From Tubiluchus corallicola (lineage: Eukaryota > Animalia > Priapulida): a stretch of DNA of 64,000 bases. Position numbers and translations under genes: made by a program. Location: NCBI GenBank assembly GCA_030141605.1, contig JAQGDQ010000301.1, forward strand, positions 222,573-286,572, given 5' to 3'. This document shows positions 49,073 through 62,229 of this stretch, piece by piece. Numbering within the stretch: the first letter of the stretch is position 1; every line of letters starts with the position of its first letter. The notes under the pieces are model-generated. The model had not been told where the DNA came from. It worked only from the letters and a program-made list of their open reading frames with translations, and searched no databases.

Positions 49073-49454
49073 TTAAGATTTTTACATTATTACTCATTCG
49101 CCATTGTTAAGTCTTTCTTTCTCTTTCTTTTCCTCTCTGTTCTCCTTATTCTTGTTGTTTCTTATTTTAGTATCAATAAGAGGATTTTAAAAAAGTTTCA
49201 GTCATGAAATGTTAATGAGAAACGTCAAGCAAGAATAAACGGCAAAGCGCAACTTTTGATTATTAATAAGAATTACGCGATAAAACTTGCAATATTGGAT
49301 TTCTTTAACAGCGCCAAATATAATCATTGAAGCAATAAATCTTCAGCTATTAATCAAGGATGTTAGCAGCTACTGAATAAATACCTTTAACAATATAATA
49401 TATACTTGTAGTGTAGTGTAGTGTAATATATATAATTTAACAAACAAGTCACTT

Positions 49455-49893
49455 TGTGAAAACAACTGAACACTATATTACATATCTGCACAGAACTGAA
49501 ACACGTTTATTACACTAAATACACATGAGTAAAATACACAAGTAAAATGAAGATCACGACTGCTGCACTGCACTGAGAGTCAGACAGTGTGTAGCACGAC
49601 TGCACTGCACTGAGAACGTGACAGAGAGTCACATAAGTAGATCGACTGCACGTCACTGAGAGCGTGACAGAGAGACAGTGGCTGGAAGTGAAATCCAGCC
49701 AGTATATATAGGTAGAGAACTATGCAAAAACTTGGCTTCACATATCCCATTACAGTAAAAATAGGGGAGATCCAGTGAGTTTGCATATTCATTGGACCGA
49801 GCAATTGTACTAGGGGTGAGTTTAACTAGTAAAATGTTAAAGTGATTAGTCAATAGAGGGCAGCACCTAAAATATATAGTTACAACTTTCACA
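49455..49893 (-). mobile_element. Solo LTR of the same family, inverted
   Basis: Reverse complement begins TGTGAAAGTTGTAAC...AGGTGCTGCCCTCTATTGACTAATC...ACATTTTACTAGTTAAACTCACCCC, matching 55264 onward; apparent CACTT flanks, left boundary uncertain. Confidence 0.65.
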
Positions 49894-50085
49894 CACTTAA
49901 TGTAAACAAGTCTAGGGGTAATTCAAAACAGGAGTTTCAGAATTTCAGAAACATTACACTGTTGCTGTGTGTGGTATGTGTTATTGAAAAATGAGTGGCA
50001 GGCTGGGTCATTCTGCGTCCAGTGGCCACTAATAGATACAGACCAGAGACTAAACTGTCGGTTAAAGCATGATCCATCGCCTTAA

Positions 50086-50678
50086 AAGACCGGGCCCAAT
50101 CTTAAACTGTAGGTCAAAACAATGTGCTATTTAAAATATTGAAAGGAATCATACTATTTTTTTACAAAAAAATGACATCACTTAAAAGAATTATTACCAC
50201 AGAAATTTAATTTCGATTTCCCTCGGCCAGTTCTTCACTGTTACATTTCGCCATTCGTTAGTTAGATGGACATTACCGCCTGCATTTCGGAAACGCATTG
50301 CAAAAAACGGGTGCTGTACTTGTTACTTCAGATGTGTTCGTTTGTGGGCGTAGCCCACACGACCGGGAGCTCACACGTGAGCACAGTAGTAAATTTGAAA
50401 CTTGATTTTTTATCTTAAAATCGAGTTTTTGCATATCACACTGAATATTGTACAGTAGCACTGTACTTTGATTTTCGCGTTTGCCAACACGTGCAACACA
50501 CACATGGAATATTTTTGCTGTTGAAACGTCGTCACTGGTTGGACTCCCGCGCCGCCAATTGAGTTTTTAACCTATTATTTAATTGTCAGTACCGTTTTAA
50601 CATCATTATAGATGTTAAAACGTATATTTTACTGCAGTTCAAAACGGGTTAGGATATGAAAAATCGTCCTGTTTTGTT
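50086..50678 (+). mobile_element. Family B copy 4
   Basis: TTAA flanks; GGGCCCAATCTTAAACTGTAGGTCAAAAC start and TATGAAAAATCGTCCTGTTTTG end. Confidence 0.75.
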
Positions 50679-51139
50679 TTAAGCAAAAGCTACACGACTC
50701 TATAATAGAGTCTGCTGCTTTATTTGCGCGTTCTACATTAAATGCTAACGCACGTAGATAATACGCGCTTAATCGCCTTTTAAAAGTACGAATGCCCTAC
50801 AGATTTTAACTGAACTAAGCTTACTAAATACTAGACTAGTGACGACACCTGACATATATTTACTATTTTGGTTATTATAGCTAGTTATATGGCTTTACAC
50901 TAGATGTTTTGCAACATTTGAGAAACCATTAAAACGAAACAGATACCATAATTATACAATATACGACACTATACAATCAATATAATGATTATATAAGACC
51001 GAACTATGATCAGAAAAGTTTTATCACGAGCTTCGGTTCCAGCAATCATTTCTCTTATTGTTTTAAGAGAATCAGGGTCCCTCTTGTGAGGTGGTCTGTA
51101 TTACTGGCTTGTGACTCGCATAATGTGATATATTTATTC

Positions 51140-51940
51140 GAAAAAAAGGTACAGGAAAAATGGTGCAAATAGAAGAACAGGAAAAAGTGTCACACTAAAT
51201 AAACTATGAGGTTAGAATTTGGAAGAGGAGGGAAAATTTTGCCAAAAGAATGCGCTTTGTTAATTTTTCGCAAAAGTTAGGTTATAACACCTTGTACAAA
51301 AATTGCTTTCGTTGGGCACTGCATGGAGGTCTCGGAAGGAATTTATAGCTCATTTAGAAAGAGGAGGAACTTGACTATAAAACAGGATGAATACCTCCGT
51401 CAGGACGAATGACTACGAGTTAGTTCAATGTTACCTTTATAAGATATCTTTAGCATGTAAGAACGGTATATCTACCAGTCTATTTAATCACTTTCAAAAA
51501 GGTCAAAACATTGCAGACAAAGACTAAGTAGAATATTCGTGGATTGTTTAAATTCTATGAAAAAAATATTTGTGGATTATTTCGCTAGTCTGCGTAGATA
51601 TATTTTTGTACGTTTGTCTGTTCATCTTTGCTTTATATTTTTTACTATAAAAAACAGACTGGTGTAGAATTGTTCGGCTTTGGTGGAGACTTGCTTACTG
51701 CTGAGTGCGTTTTAGTTATATACGTGCCATTTTTTCCTTAGGCCATTTAACAGTCACATTTTTACCTGTGCCATTTTTTCTGTGCCGTTTTTACCTGTGC
51801 CATTTTCCTATCCCATGTTATCCTGTGCCATTTTTTTCCTGTGCCATTTTTTCCTATGTCATTCTTTCCTGCGCCATTTTTACCTGTGCTATTTTTTCCG
51901 GTGCCGTTTTAACCTGTGCGATTTTACTGTCACACTTTTA
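51140..51940. mobile_element. Foldback/MITE-like relic with inverted subterminal ~16-bp repeats
   Basis: GGTACAGGAAAAATGG-type motifs at left; tandem TGTGCCATTTTTTCC motifs at 51720-51930. Confidence 0.5.
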
Positions 51941-54900
51941 GCTTCGCCATTTTACCTACATTCATTTCACGTAATTTCCTGGCAGTGTACAATATTGAAA
52001 TCTCGTGCCCGCTAACAATACCGGCTGCTTCTAGAATGCATAATGATACTTTCATTTATTTCCATATGTCCATAAAAGCTACAATAAAAAGCCATTTCTT
52101 CAAGCTTCCTCGGATTTCAGCAGAAACTCGACGTCTTTATTAAAGTTACTTCAGGCTCCAGTCGAAGAGAATCAAATAATAAGGCCATTCGAAAACACAA
52201 TTGCAGCTTTTTGAAATCACGCAGGTAGTTTCTGGTTTTACTGTTTTCGTAAATGAGTTTTTTTTGTAATTTGTGCCTGTGAAAGTAAATATTCGCTGTT
52301 TTATGAAGTGTTTGTTGCAAGCTATAATGAAGTCGTGTCGAAATACTATTAAACTGCACAATTTGCATCCGAATCTGTCACGTTATCATACTGCCACTGC
52401 AATTACAGTTTGGCTTAAGCGAAAATGAATTTAAGCCTATGGCTGCATTTTATCAAAAATATCCATTATTGTCAACAGTTTGATGGGCTTGAACGAAACT
52501 CTTAAAAATACTGAATATCTTTAATGAAATGTTAGTCTGTGTTGTGATCGGTTTTCCGAATCATACATTTTTCATACAAAATTTAATTCTAAGTTCACAA
52601 ACCAGGAGCGTGTGTGTTGTTTATTTTATCTATTTTACAGCAACTCGGTTCAATTTTAAGTTTATCTCACCCCATGAACTCGGTTCTTCCACAATAAAGA
52701 TAGTTGTTGAATTAAATCTCATTTTCATGCCAAGTTTTGATAAAAAGTTTTCTTGTAAGGCATAAAAATGAGATGTCTCCACCATCTTTGATGTAAAGCT
52801 ATAGAGCCATATAATAAGCAAGATTTACATGCATAGTATATAGCAGTGAGAGTAGAATAAATAAGATGACTGATAACCTTTTATACACGCCTGCCTCCAG
52901 GGTATATCAGACTTCACTGTCTCTATTTGTGAAGGCTGTAGGGTCTAAAGAACAGAACTGTTCAGTCGTCTGACTCTGACACACTCGAGGTTAAAGTATG
53001 GCAACACCAAGTGAAATCTGGGAGGTGAGACCGGGACATGTAGGAGTTATAAGGGGCTGAAAAGTGTCTACTCAGGGCTTGTTTATTCTTTCTATCTTAG
53101 TTTGCTATGTGTGACATATAGGCTTGTGTTAAATTGTTCAACTTTGTGTATTATAAGCTAACTCTTAGTGTTAGATTGCTTACAGTGAATTAATTCACGA
53201 TCTAGTGTATACAGAAGTTAAGTATACTTTGTAAATACTTATGTATCTATGGTTGTGTTTACTCACTTTGTTTAGTATGATGTATATTAACACCATGTTT
53301 TTGTTTACTATTATATATATATTTCAATCGGTTGCTGGGATTTAGTTCATCACAATATAATATTTTGTAACATTCTACTTACAAGAATGGACTAATTGTG
53401 ATAAATGTGATTAGACAACAACATGTCAGAAATAGAGCTAAGATGAAATTAAGTTTTTATATAGGAAAAACTGTTAACAGTTCTAGTCATGACATATGCG
53501 GCCATGGCATATGAGTTTAACAGGGATTTTTGGCAAGCTATAAATTTTGGAAAATGTGCAAAGAATTTGTAGATTTTGTATTTAAAATCAAAATGATAAA
53601 GAACTATAAGTTGGAAGATTGTTAAATAAGATTTTAATGACCAGAAAATCATCATTGTTTAGCTCTTGTATAAGTAACTATGGTTTAAAAACAGTAGTTA
53701 TCATTATCGTAAACCTTTTGGAAGGAGAATTTATGTACATTGAAGTTATACATACTATTAACATAGAATGTTGTTAAATGCATTTAAATTCAATAGTTAT
53801 TTTATGCAAACAGAAAGCGCTTGTCCATTCCTTCGCTTTTGGTTTTGTTTAACTAAAACGGTCACGTATGCAAATATTAAATAACCTAAATAACCGGAAT
53901 GCAAACAAATCTAATAGGGTCCCTGACGTTTCGTTGTTGGGAAACCCACAACAACCCATTATTGAAACAGAACACTAATTTTCAAGAGGGCTAGTTCGAA
54001 CAAATATTCAAATGATGCAAAACCTATCTTGCGAGATCAAAGGACAGACAACTACCGTTACACAAGAACTTAATTAAAATTTCCCATTTTCTGCTGAAGG
54101 TGGCGACACCATCACTTACCACACCAATAACACTTTAAAGGGAAGCTACACGATAATGTGCAACTAATCTTTCGCTATGAAGGTTAGTATTATAATTATT
54201 ATGTTATACATGTAGTTGCAAGTTTAAGATCATAAGTTTGATGTTGTCTCTTAAATGTATCGAATGTAAAAACAAGTAGGAATATTTAAATACCGGTAAC
54301 AAAACTCCTAAACAAATTCCGTCAAAATGTCTAATTGTAACGCGGCTGCAGTGTATGAAGCAACGGGTCTAAAGGACCGTTTAGACGATCAGTTCTTTTC
54401 ATCAAGCTTGTTTGTCAGTAGTAGTTTCACTGTTTAAAGACTGGTCGTGTAAATGGACCATAACAACTCATATGCAGTGTTTTTCTTTGATCTGTGGGTG
54501 GAGCTTTAATAATCGCTCCATTAGGCGCTCTCACGACACAGTGTTTCGTTTTAGCAACGTATAAGCCGCAAAGCGTTATTGACAAGGAAGAAAATTCTTT
54601 TTATTTACTTAATTCTTACAATTACACATAATTTACCTACGCTACCTTACTTAATCCATACATTACCTTTACACCTGCATCAACATTTTTTACACGTACA
54701 TACGTTAAAATCGAAAATTGTTCATTTTCTTACAATTTAACGTTACCTCATCGCTTTCCTCAGTTCTGCTTGAAAAGCTTTGCTTTGTCTTCTGTCATGG
54801 GTTTTTTGTTACGTCTGGATGCATTTGACAGTCTTCTTATCAATGAAGTTTCAACAGCTTGCGTTTCACACTGAACTGTAAGTGAAAACTACAACACTTC

Positions 54901-55263
54901 TGCTTACTTTAAAAGCTATTTATGTAACCTCCGTCAAACCTTGGTGACACTTTATATCTTCACTTCCTTGAATGCGTCAAGAAGCCGTATAAAACAAGTA
55001 AAACTTTTCTCTTTTCTCTGCCAGACTATTTCATTTTTATAAGCGTTATACATCGTGTAGCTACTGCATGAAAGTTTCGGTTTATCTTTGAATGGTGAAA
55101 TATTTTTTCGTTTTCTTTGGAATAACAATAGTAAGAAACGGAAACAGAACTTGGAAGCATCCGCCTGTCACTATAACAAACAATAAACAACATTTCTCTC
55201 TTCCTATTTACCTGGGCCGAGAATAGCACTTTAGGAAATTTCTCAGTTCGGTGATGAACATGC

Positions 55264-55625
55264 TGTGGAAGTTGTAATTGTATATTTTTAGGTGCTGCCA
55301 TCTATGAACTAATCCTTTTACATTTTACTAGCTAAACTCACCCCCAGTATAATTGTACGGTATGCATTCACTGGATCTCTCCCTATTTTACAGTAATGGT
55401 TTTTCTGAATACCTATATATACTGACTGGATTTACTTTCTAGTCACTGTCTAACTCTCAGTGATCAGTGCAGGACACTCTTGTTCTCAGTGATCAGTGTA
55501 GCAGTCATTCTACATATGTGTATGTAGTCTAATAAGCACTTTTCAGTTTTGTGCAAATATGTAGTATAGTGTTTATTATTTTTCTACAAAGTGATTCATC
55601 TACAACCTCAAACATGACTTTCACA
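55264..55625 (+). mobile_element. Solo LTR, 362 bp, with 5-bp target-site duplication
   Basis: CATGC-TGTGGAAGT ... ACTTTCACA-CATGC; internal TATATATA; homologous to 49455-49893. Confidence 0.75.
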
Positions 55626-55949
55626 CATGCAGAAGTAGCATTCACTTGAACTAAGTAGCGCTGATATAACTTACTAAATTTTGCCTTGTTTGGAAGAAAC
55701 AAGTTCACTGTGCAGTATGCATATTTATATTTCTGGAAAATACGCAGTGATTTCAGGCTTCGCAGGCACAAAGCCAACATGGTACATTGATAGCAATAAT
55801 AATGTGAAAGTGAATAGGACAAACTTGATCTTGACAGTGACATGAACGTAGATGGAACACGGAAGCTTACACATTCACGTAAATAGCATTATACAGCTTT
55901 ATACCTTTGTTGGGTTGAGACCATTTCAGTAGAACATGCTGTACTAAAG

Positions 55950-56020
55950 GTATAGCTCAGTGATAGCGCACTCGCTTCCCACCCGGGAGGTCACGGGTTC
56001 TCGACCGAGTAATACCAAAA
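55950..56020 (+). mobile_element. tRNA-like SINE head, probably the same family as the 26.5 kb SINE
   Basis: TAGCTCAGTGATAG (A-box-like), GGGAGGTCACGGGTTC (B-box-like), GTAATACCAAA. Confidence 0.55.
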
Positions 56021-56029
56021 ATTAATTTA

Positions 56030-56519
56030 TGCCGAACCCAGCAAGTAATGACGTCACAAATGAACATAAATGAACAGCACAAACATTCCATGAGCGTGTT
56101 GCAGGTATTTGTGGAAGTAAAAATTGAAGTACTGTGTCACTGTACCACATTCAGCGTGATATACAAAAAGTTGTTAAATTTTCAGTTTAAAATTTAAATT
56201 TTAAGTTTACCCCCTGCTCAGACGAAACAACTTGAACGTGTGCACAACGTCACAATTGAACACCTCTGAATCAAGAGGTACAACACACGACCTGTTTTCG
56301 TGCAACGTATTTCTCTGAAGCAGGTGCTAGTGCCCATCTAACTAGCGAATGACAAAATACAGGAAACAGCGAAAAACTAGTGGCGGGAACGCGAAGCTAC
56401 GTTTCTGTGCTAATAATTCTTTCACGCAAGTCCTACTTGACAAAATAGTATACTCCGTTTAAACACTTTATAGGGTAGAATGTTTTGAGCTATAGTTTAA
56501 GATTGGGTCCGGTTTTCCA
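56030..56519 (-). mobile_element. Family B copy 5 (diverged, truncated)
   Basis: GTGCCCATCTAACTAGCGAATG core; GATTGGGTCCGGTTTTCCA-TTAA end. Confidence 0.7.
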
Positions 56520-57284
56520 TTAAAGATCAAAGAAAAAACACACGGCAAGTATTGATGCAGAAAAACAGCATTCAGTTTTTCGGCAAAAATGATGCAACAC
56601 GATGATAAAAAATATTATTGACTAAACTCCAACAAGAAAATGAACAAAATGTCGAATGGGGTAAACTTGCTGCCAGGTGATAAGTTTGATCCACTTAATT
56701 TTACAGTCTGCAGTGACAGGCTTTCCAGTTCGTGCAGAGCAGAACTACCGGGTAGATAGAGACTGACGTCTGCATAAAAATGCCAAACCGGATTCGCTTG
56801 TAAAGGATATGATATCAAAGGGAATACAAGCCGAAACACTAAAAGCTATTTTTCACGCCAGGATTATAAAAAAAATTCCTGTGTGTGATTACACAGGAAG
56901 ACAGAAACATACGATTACGAAGTACAAGGTGACGAAAGAATCATAAAATAAATGTAAGGTAACGGAGTTTATGAACTTCCAGCTAATATTCAGGTTGAAT
57001 TATCCCATCCTGTTGAATATAGATTGAAGAGTATAATTCCGCAAATGAAAAATGAGTATGGATACGAACTCATATGTTCGAACGATTAGTCATTGTTATG
57101 TGTGTAGTAAAAATGATACAAATTGATTTCTTATTGTAAATTAAAAAAATAGCTTTGATACTTTTTATAAGGTTTAAATATGGAAATTGCATTTAAAATG
57201 AAACAGTAATTATTGTTGATATTCATTTCAATAAGTTCACTTAATTTTGGTTTTATTTTGTAATGATGGTATCCACGGTATCGG

Positions 57285-57447
57285 CTAAAGCCTTAGTGGC
57301 AGTCTCCTCGACTAGGCTTTTTGAAATTAATGTGCTATTGTAATGAAAATCGGAATAAACGATAAATGAATGAATGAATAGATGAATGGATGGACGAATG
57401 AATGAATGAATGAATGAATGAATGAATGAATGAATGAATGAATGAAT
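57285..57447 (+). repeat. Retroposon-like 3' tail ending in (GAAT)n
   Basis: AATAAA followed by a (GAAT)n tract. Confidence 0.55.
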
Positions 57448-57899
57448 GAGTTACAAAACGGTTTCTCTGCTGCAAAACACCAACCGGGTCTGCCATAACG
57501 ACGCTCATCGCAGGGATTTTTCACTTGTTTGACGCTGCAGGTCATGTAGCTGAGCAAGTGTTGAACTGCATGCGATATACACAAAACATTAACGTACCAG
57601 TAAGAGATAAAATAAAGTAGACACACTACATGAGCGCTGAGTATTGGTGTTCTCATTGAAATTAAGCCTTCAAACAAACAGCCACCCACCCACCCCCATC
57701 CCCACCCCCTCGTAACACCGAGTAGTACTGAATGTCGTTGATCTTACATGCACTGCAATTCGCGGATTTCAAGGTGAAAAAGGTGGCATCGATATACTGC
57801 GCATTAATTACTGACATGAAACTTGCCTATAATTCCCCATTACTTCCTCGTCAAAAAGCATAATCTGACAATGACACCTTCGCCAGATGACGCGAATTT

Positions 57900-58606
57900 A
57901 TCCAACAAGCTATTTCTGGATAATCACCGTCGGCGCTTGTTGGGAGTTGTAATTTGTGGAATTATTCTGTTGCTTCATGGCCTTTATATGGAAAGCTGCA
58001 CAAGTGTAAAACTAGGACATTTGCCTCATTAGCTAATTATTGTACTTTTAGACGGAAAAGAAAGCACAGGTTTTGGGTACACAACATTTGCAGGGGAGAG
58101 AACAATATGGCAGCTATCAGCATTTAATGAAAAAGCTGCAGTTAGATGCCCAATACACAACTACATGCTTCTTCCACCTTTCAAAAACTCAAATAGAAAA
58201 AATATTATTGTTTGTAGATCCCAAACTGACCAAAACTCCCCTAACAAGAATTTTCACAAGCTAAACGGCAAAAATTCTCACCGGAAATTTGAAAACTCGC
58301 TATAATCACCTAGGCAACGGCGGTTTCTCGTCTGCGTATTGCTGCGTAATGCGTATTCGGACAATAGCAATCACGTTCGAATGAATACGGATCCTGCATC
58401 ACGGATTACGCTTCACGTACACATGGAAGCACTTCTATATGTTTACATACAAAACTGTTGTATACGCATTACGGATCACGCATCACGGATTACGCATTAC
58501 GTACACATGGAAACACTTCTATATGTTTAAATACAAAAGTGTTGTATACGCATTACAGATCGCGCGACACACATCACTCATTAACGTACACATGGAGTCG
58601 TACCTT
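57900..58606 (+). mobile_element. PIF/Harbinger-derived relic with transposase N-terminal remnant and 84-bp subterminal repeats
   Basis: RRKRKHRFWVH then (frameshifted) GREQYGSYQHLMKKLQLD...FHLSKTQIEKILLFVDPKLTK matches the Harbinger transposase N-terminal pattern; GTACACATGG repeats; ends GTACC-TTA. Confidence 0.6.
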
Positions 58607-58709
58607 AATTCGTAATGTGACGTCAAGTCAAATCGAATGACGTCAATCTTCACTTCACGGACGATGTGAACGCTGATGTTACGTCATGTCAAGACATAGA
58701 TCATACAAA

Positions 58710-59060
58710 GGTAAACCGGTCAAAAATAGAAGAATATAATATTGCAAGAGATGGTAATCAGGCATGGGAAGCGTGCAAATATTGGGCACTCTTCTAAACA
58801 CTGATGGTGATATTAAGAATAGAACACAGCAAGCAATGCATGCTTTACTTCAACGTAATAATGCATTCGCTAATAAGAAATTAAGTCTTAACACAAGTAT
58901 TCGATATTTCAACGCATACGTTACGATCATATTTACGTACAACAGCGACACATGCTGTTTAACGATTACTCAAGAAAAGCAGATTGACACGTTTCATCGA
59001 ATTCTCCTAAGGAAAGTTCTAATGACAAAATATGGACGTTTATAATCAAAAATGAAGATA
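58710..59060 (+). mobile_element. LINE fragment related to the 10.5 kb copy
   Basis: ILGTLLNTDGDIKNR...SIRYFNAYVTIIFTYNSDT..LT..QEKQIDTFHR.LLRKVL, a typical post-RT LINE segment. Confidence 0.75.
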
Positions 59061-59683
59061 CAAACCACTTTTTTTCACAATCAAATTCTTTAACAATTTC
59101 GGTTCTTCAAAAGCTCACTAATTTAGTTTTAATTTTTAATCAGAACTTTCAAATAGATACGCATCTTACACACGCATCATCCAATAAAATATTCTACAGA
59201 ATCTTCATTTTAATCTGTTTAATCTTGATATTCTGATGTGGTGTACAGGATAAAATCCTCTTTTAATAGATTAATAAAAGCTACTAATAACAGAATTTCA
59301 CTTCGTTGCATGTGTACATGATGCGTTTATTAATTATGACACAATTATTCTTTAAAGTATTAATAATTCTCTTCATTTTTCTGCATCAACTAATTGACGT
59401 TCAAATAATGAGTGCTCAGGCGTTTGAAATGCGTCACTACATGAACAAGTTGGAACAAGTGAACGACCAATACGATTCAAAATAATTAAAATTACCCCGC
59501 CTGATAAAAAAAACTGCAACCCAGTGACTCTAACTGTCTGCTTTTGCCAATGCCAGGGGACTTAACCAGACTTGTGTTGTAATATTAACTCAGATGGATT
59601 TCTGTCTCGCTTTAACCTAAAAACCTATCCAACTTATTTTTACAATAGCGAAATATTTCACTCGTGACTTCGTTAATATTGTT

Positions 59684-60060
59684 CCGGGGTTCGACCCGGT
59701 AGATAGCCTTACGGCCCTCCATTGGTGATGCGGGTAAGCGCTGCATAACGGACACTTCAGAAATTTAAAAAAAGAAACAACAAAACCAAAACTTAGAATT
59801 CAAAAGGGACGGCTGAGAAGAACAACACAATAGGAAAAAAAGAAAACCTGATGACAATGCTTCAAACCTTACGGGACCCACGACACTCGACAGGCAGACA
59901 GGAGATGTGCATTCCACGACAACCAGAAGACAACTGACGATGTCACCTGTTCGTTCTTTCCACAGGAAACCACTGCCCAACCAGTCGCAGGTAATGTTAT
60001 GGGCTTCCTAGTTTAAAGTGGGGATCATAACATTACCTGTAAGTTGGCTGGCCTGGTGCC
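59684..60060 (+). mobile_element. Possible RTE-type LINE 5' region with hairpins
   Basis: CCGGG-GTTCGA-CCCGG hairpin, CCACTGCCCAACCAGTC motif, 14-bp inverted repeat CAGGTAATGTTATG / CATAACATTACCTG; RTE assignment from recalled similarity only. Confidence 0.35.
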
Positions 60061-60994
60061 TATGAATAGAACTGTATAATGCACTGTTCCCTGTTCAGCT
60101 CAATATGTAAGTTCCTGATATTAAAATCTTTTGTGAATTTCAAGTACTCTGTAGTGGCAGCTACGTGTTGTGTCACGAAGTGCTTACAGGTAACGCTGTT
60201 TACTTGTTTACCGCTATTATTAACCATTTTCCATCTAACTAAGTCACTTTGTTGACACCTGATCATTTTAGAGAGAAATTTTACTGCAATACCTTGGTAC
60301 TGGAATTGCTTTGCGGCCTTCGCTTGTTGTCGGCTTTGGCCACCTTGTGGTGATTTTTGGCCTAATCACGTGATCAATTTGATCTGGGTCAGAGGCCTAC
60401 TTTGAAGTGAAGACGCGTCATAAGTTGATAAGATATTGCCGTTATCTGTTACAATTGCTTATGATTTGGGGCTAATAGCGTACGTATATACTCTAATTAC
60501 TTTATAAAGTTTAAATTTACTTTAAGATAACAGCTAGGTATTAATTAATACGACAGTACAGTGTAGAACTCTTAATTATGTAAAATTGACTTTCGGCTAG
60601 TGATATTCTTTTGTTATTTGTTTATTTGTTATTTTTTGACATTAATTTCTTATGTTTAGATGGAATGATATGTTTGGCAAATAAAGAGCGAAGAAAGAGC
60701 AAAATTTAATCGAGCTTCAAATTTGGTTTTGAAAGCTCAAACAACCTTTGAATTGCAGGTCCAAAAGAGCAAGTTCACAAATCTACTCAAGTTTTTCCTT
60801 AGAGAGATGCACGCTAGTTGCAGTTTTCATAAAGTCGTAAACTATATCCTCAAAAAAATGCACAGTTGCCAGTCATCCAGCAAACTGAGGGATGCATAAT
60901 AATCATAAATAACAAAGCTTTATACAAAGTAATCACATTATAAAAACTTAGCCACTTAAAAGTTACAGTCAAAACAACATTTCTTTCTAATTCA

Positions 60995-61120
60995 AAGTCA
61001 ACTTTTCCATGCCTTATCTTCTACAATTTCCAAGTACTGCTTAAAATCTAACTTGCTGTCTATTGTAACTCCCAGGAATTTACGTTTGCCTACATAGTTA
61101 ACCTAATTAATTCCAATTTT
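60995..61120 (-). mobile_element. LINE RT fragment
   Basis: Minus frame KFLGVTIDSKLDFKQYLEIVEDKA matches the KYLGVxxDxxLxF motif. Confidence 0.65.
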
Positions 61121-61686
61121 AAGCTAGCCCGGTTGGGTTAAGCATAGTTCACCCATCCCAAAACGTATAACTTCGGTTTTGCGTATTTGTTTGTACTTGT
61201 GTACTTCCCAACTAGATTTATATATATATATATATATAGTGCCAACGGGGACTACTTTGGGTAATTTAAATTATTGTATTTTGTTGGAATTTTTGGTTAC
61301 CAATGGAGCTACAATTACCTATAAATAATAATAATAATAGTAATATATGACGTATCATTCCACTTTGATACAGCCTTGCTGAGTTATATAATAGACCTGG
61401 GTCACTGGAGCGGTTAGTACACCTAGGTGTTTGACGTGACAAAATCTGCATTAAGAGATCTAAAGACAGTATAAACTGTGAATTGAACCTGTCCCAGTTA
61501 CCCATTTTGTCTTACTTGTCTGACGGTGATTTAGCCCACGAAAGCACTTTGTCTTTGCAACAATAATTGCAAACTGTGTGCCATCCAAAGCTGCTACCGT
61601 AGGAAGAAAAACAAACTCCTCAGGCAAATCAATAAATTAATTATTTTACTTGTAAAACAAATCTGTGTGTTACCCTTTTAAATATG

Positions 61687-61875
61687 GTAAGTATTTTTAT
61701 ATAATTGTCTAGGCAAATATTTGACAGGCAAACGAGTGGGGAATTGCAGTCGTGTTATGTCACTAATGTATGTTATGCAGCTATACTAAGATGATTTAAA
61801 GGTTTTATTTTGATTGTATGTTTATAAATGTCATCACCATCATTTTTAATGCAAAAGTATTGCTTTTCTTTACAG
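61687..61875 (+). other. Probable 5'-UTR intron of the glycosyltransferase gene
   Basis: ATG|GTAAGT donor at 61687 and TTTTCTTTACAG acceptor ending at 61875. Confidence 0.55.
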
Positions 61876-62229
61876 CAAATGGGTTAAAATGCACCCTGGG
61901 TCAAGTACCAGCAATGAAAGAATTTCGTCGTTTTATTTCACTGTTTACAGAAACGTGAATTACGTATAAACTGCACGGCTGAGCTGAATTATTGCAGTGT
62001 TTGTACTAAAGTTTTATGCATTGCTCAACTTACATTTTAACGGTAAGACTCGGAGTGCTACGAGCTTTGCCCAAGTTTTACATTGCAAGGAAACGGATAT
62101 ATTAAGCTGGTGGAACGGCTTAACTCACAGTACATTTAGTTCAGCAAACTGTTTTATAGAAACTGCTGGTAGACTTGTATAATATTGGATACATAACACA
62201 AAAACATCTGTTTGCACGACATACCAAAC

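Noticed and set aside
55950-56020. tRNA gene
   Set aside because: No complete cloverleaf or acceptor stem; it continues into SINE-type sequence.
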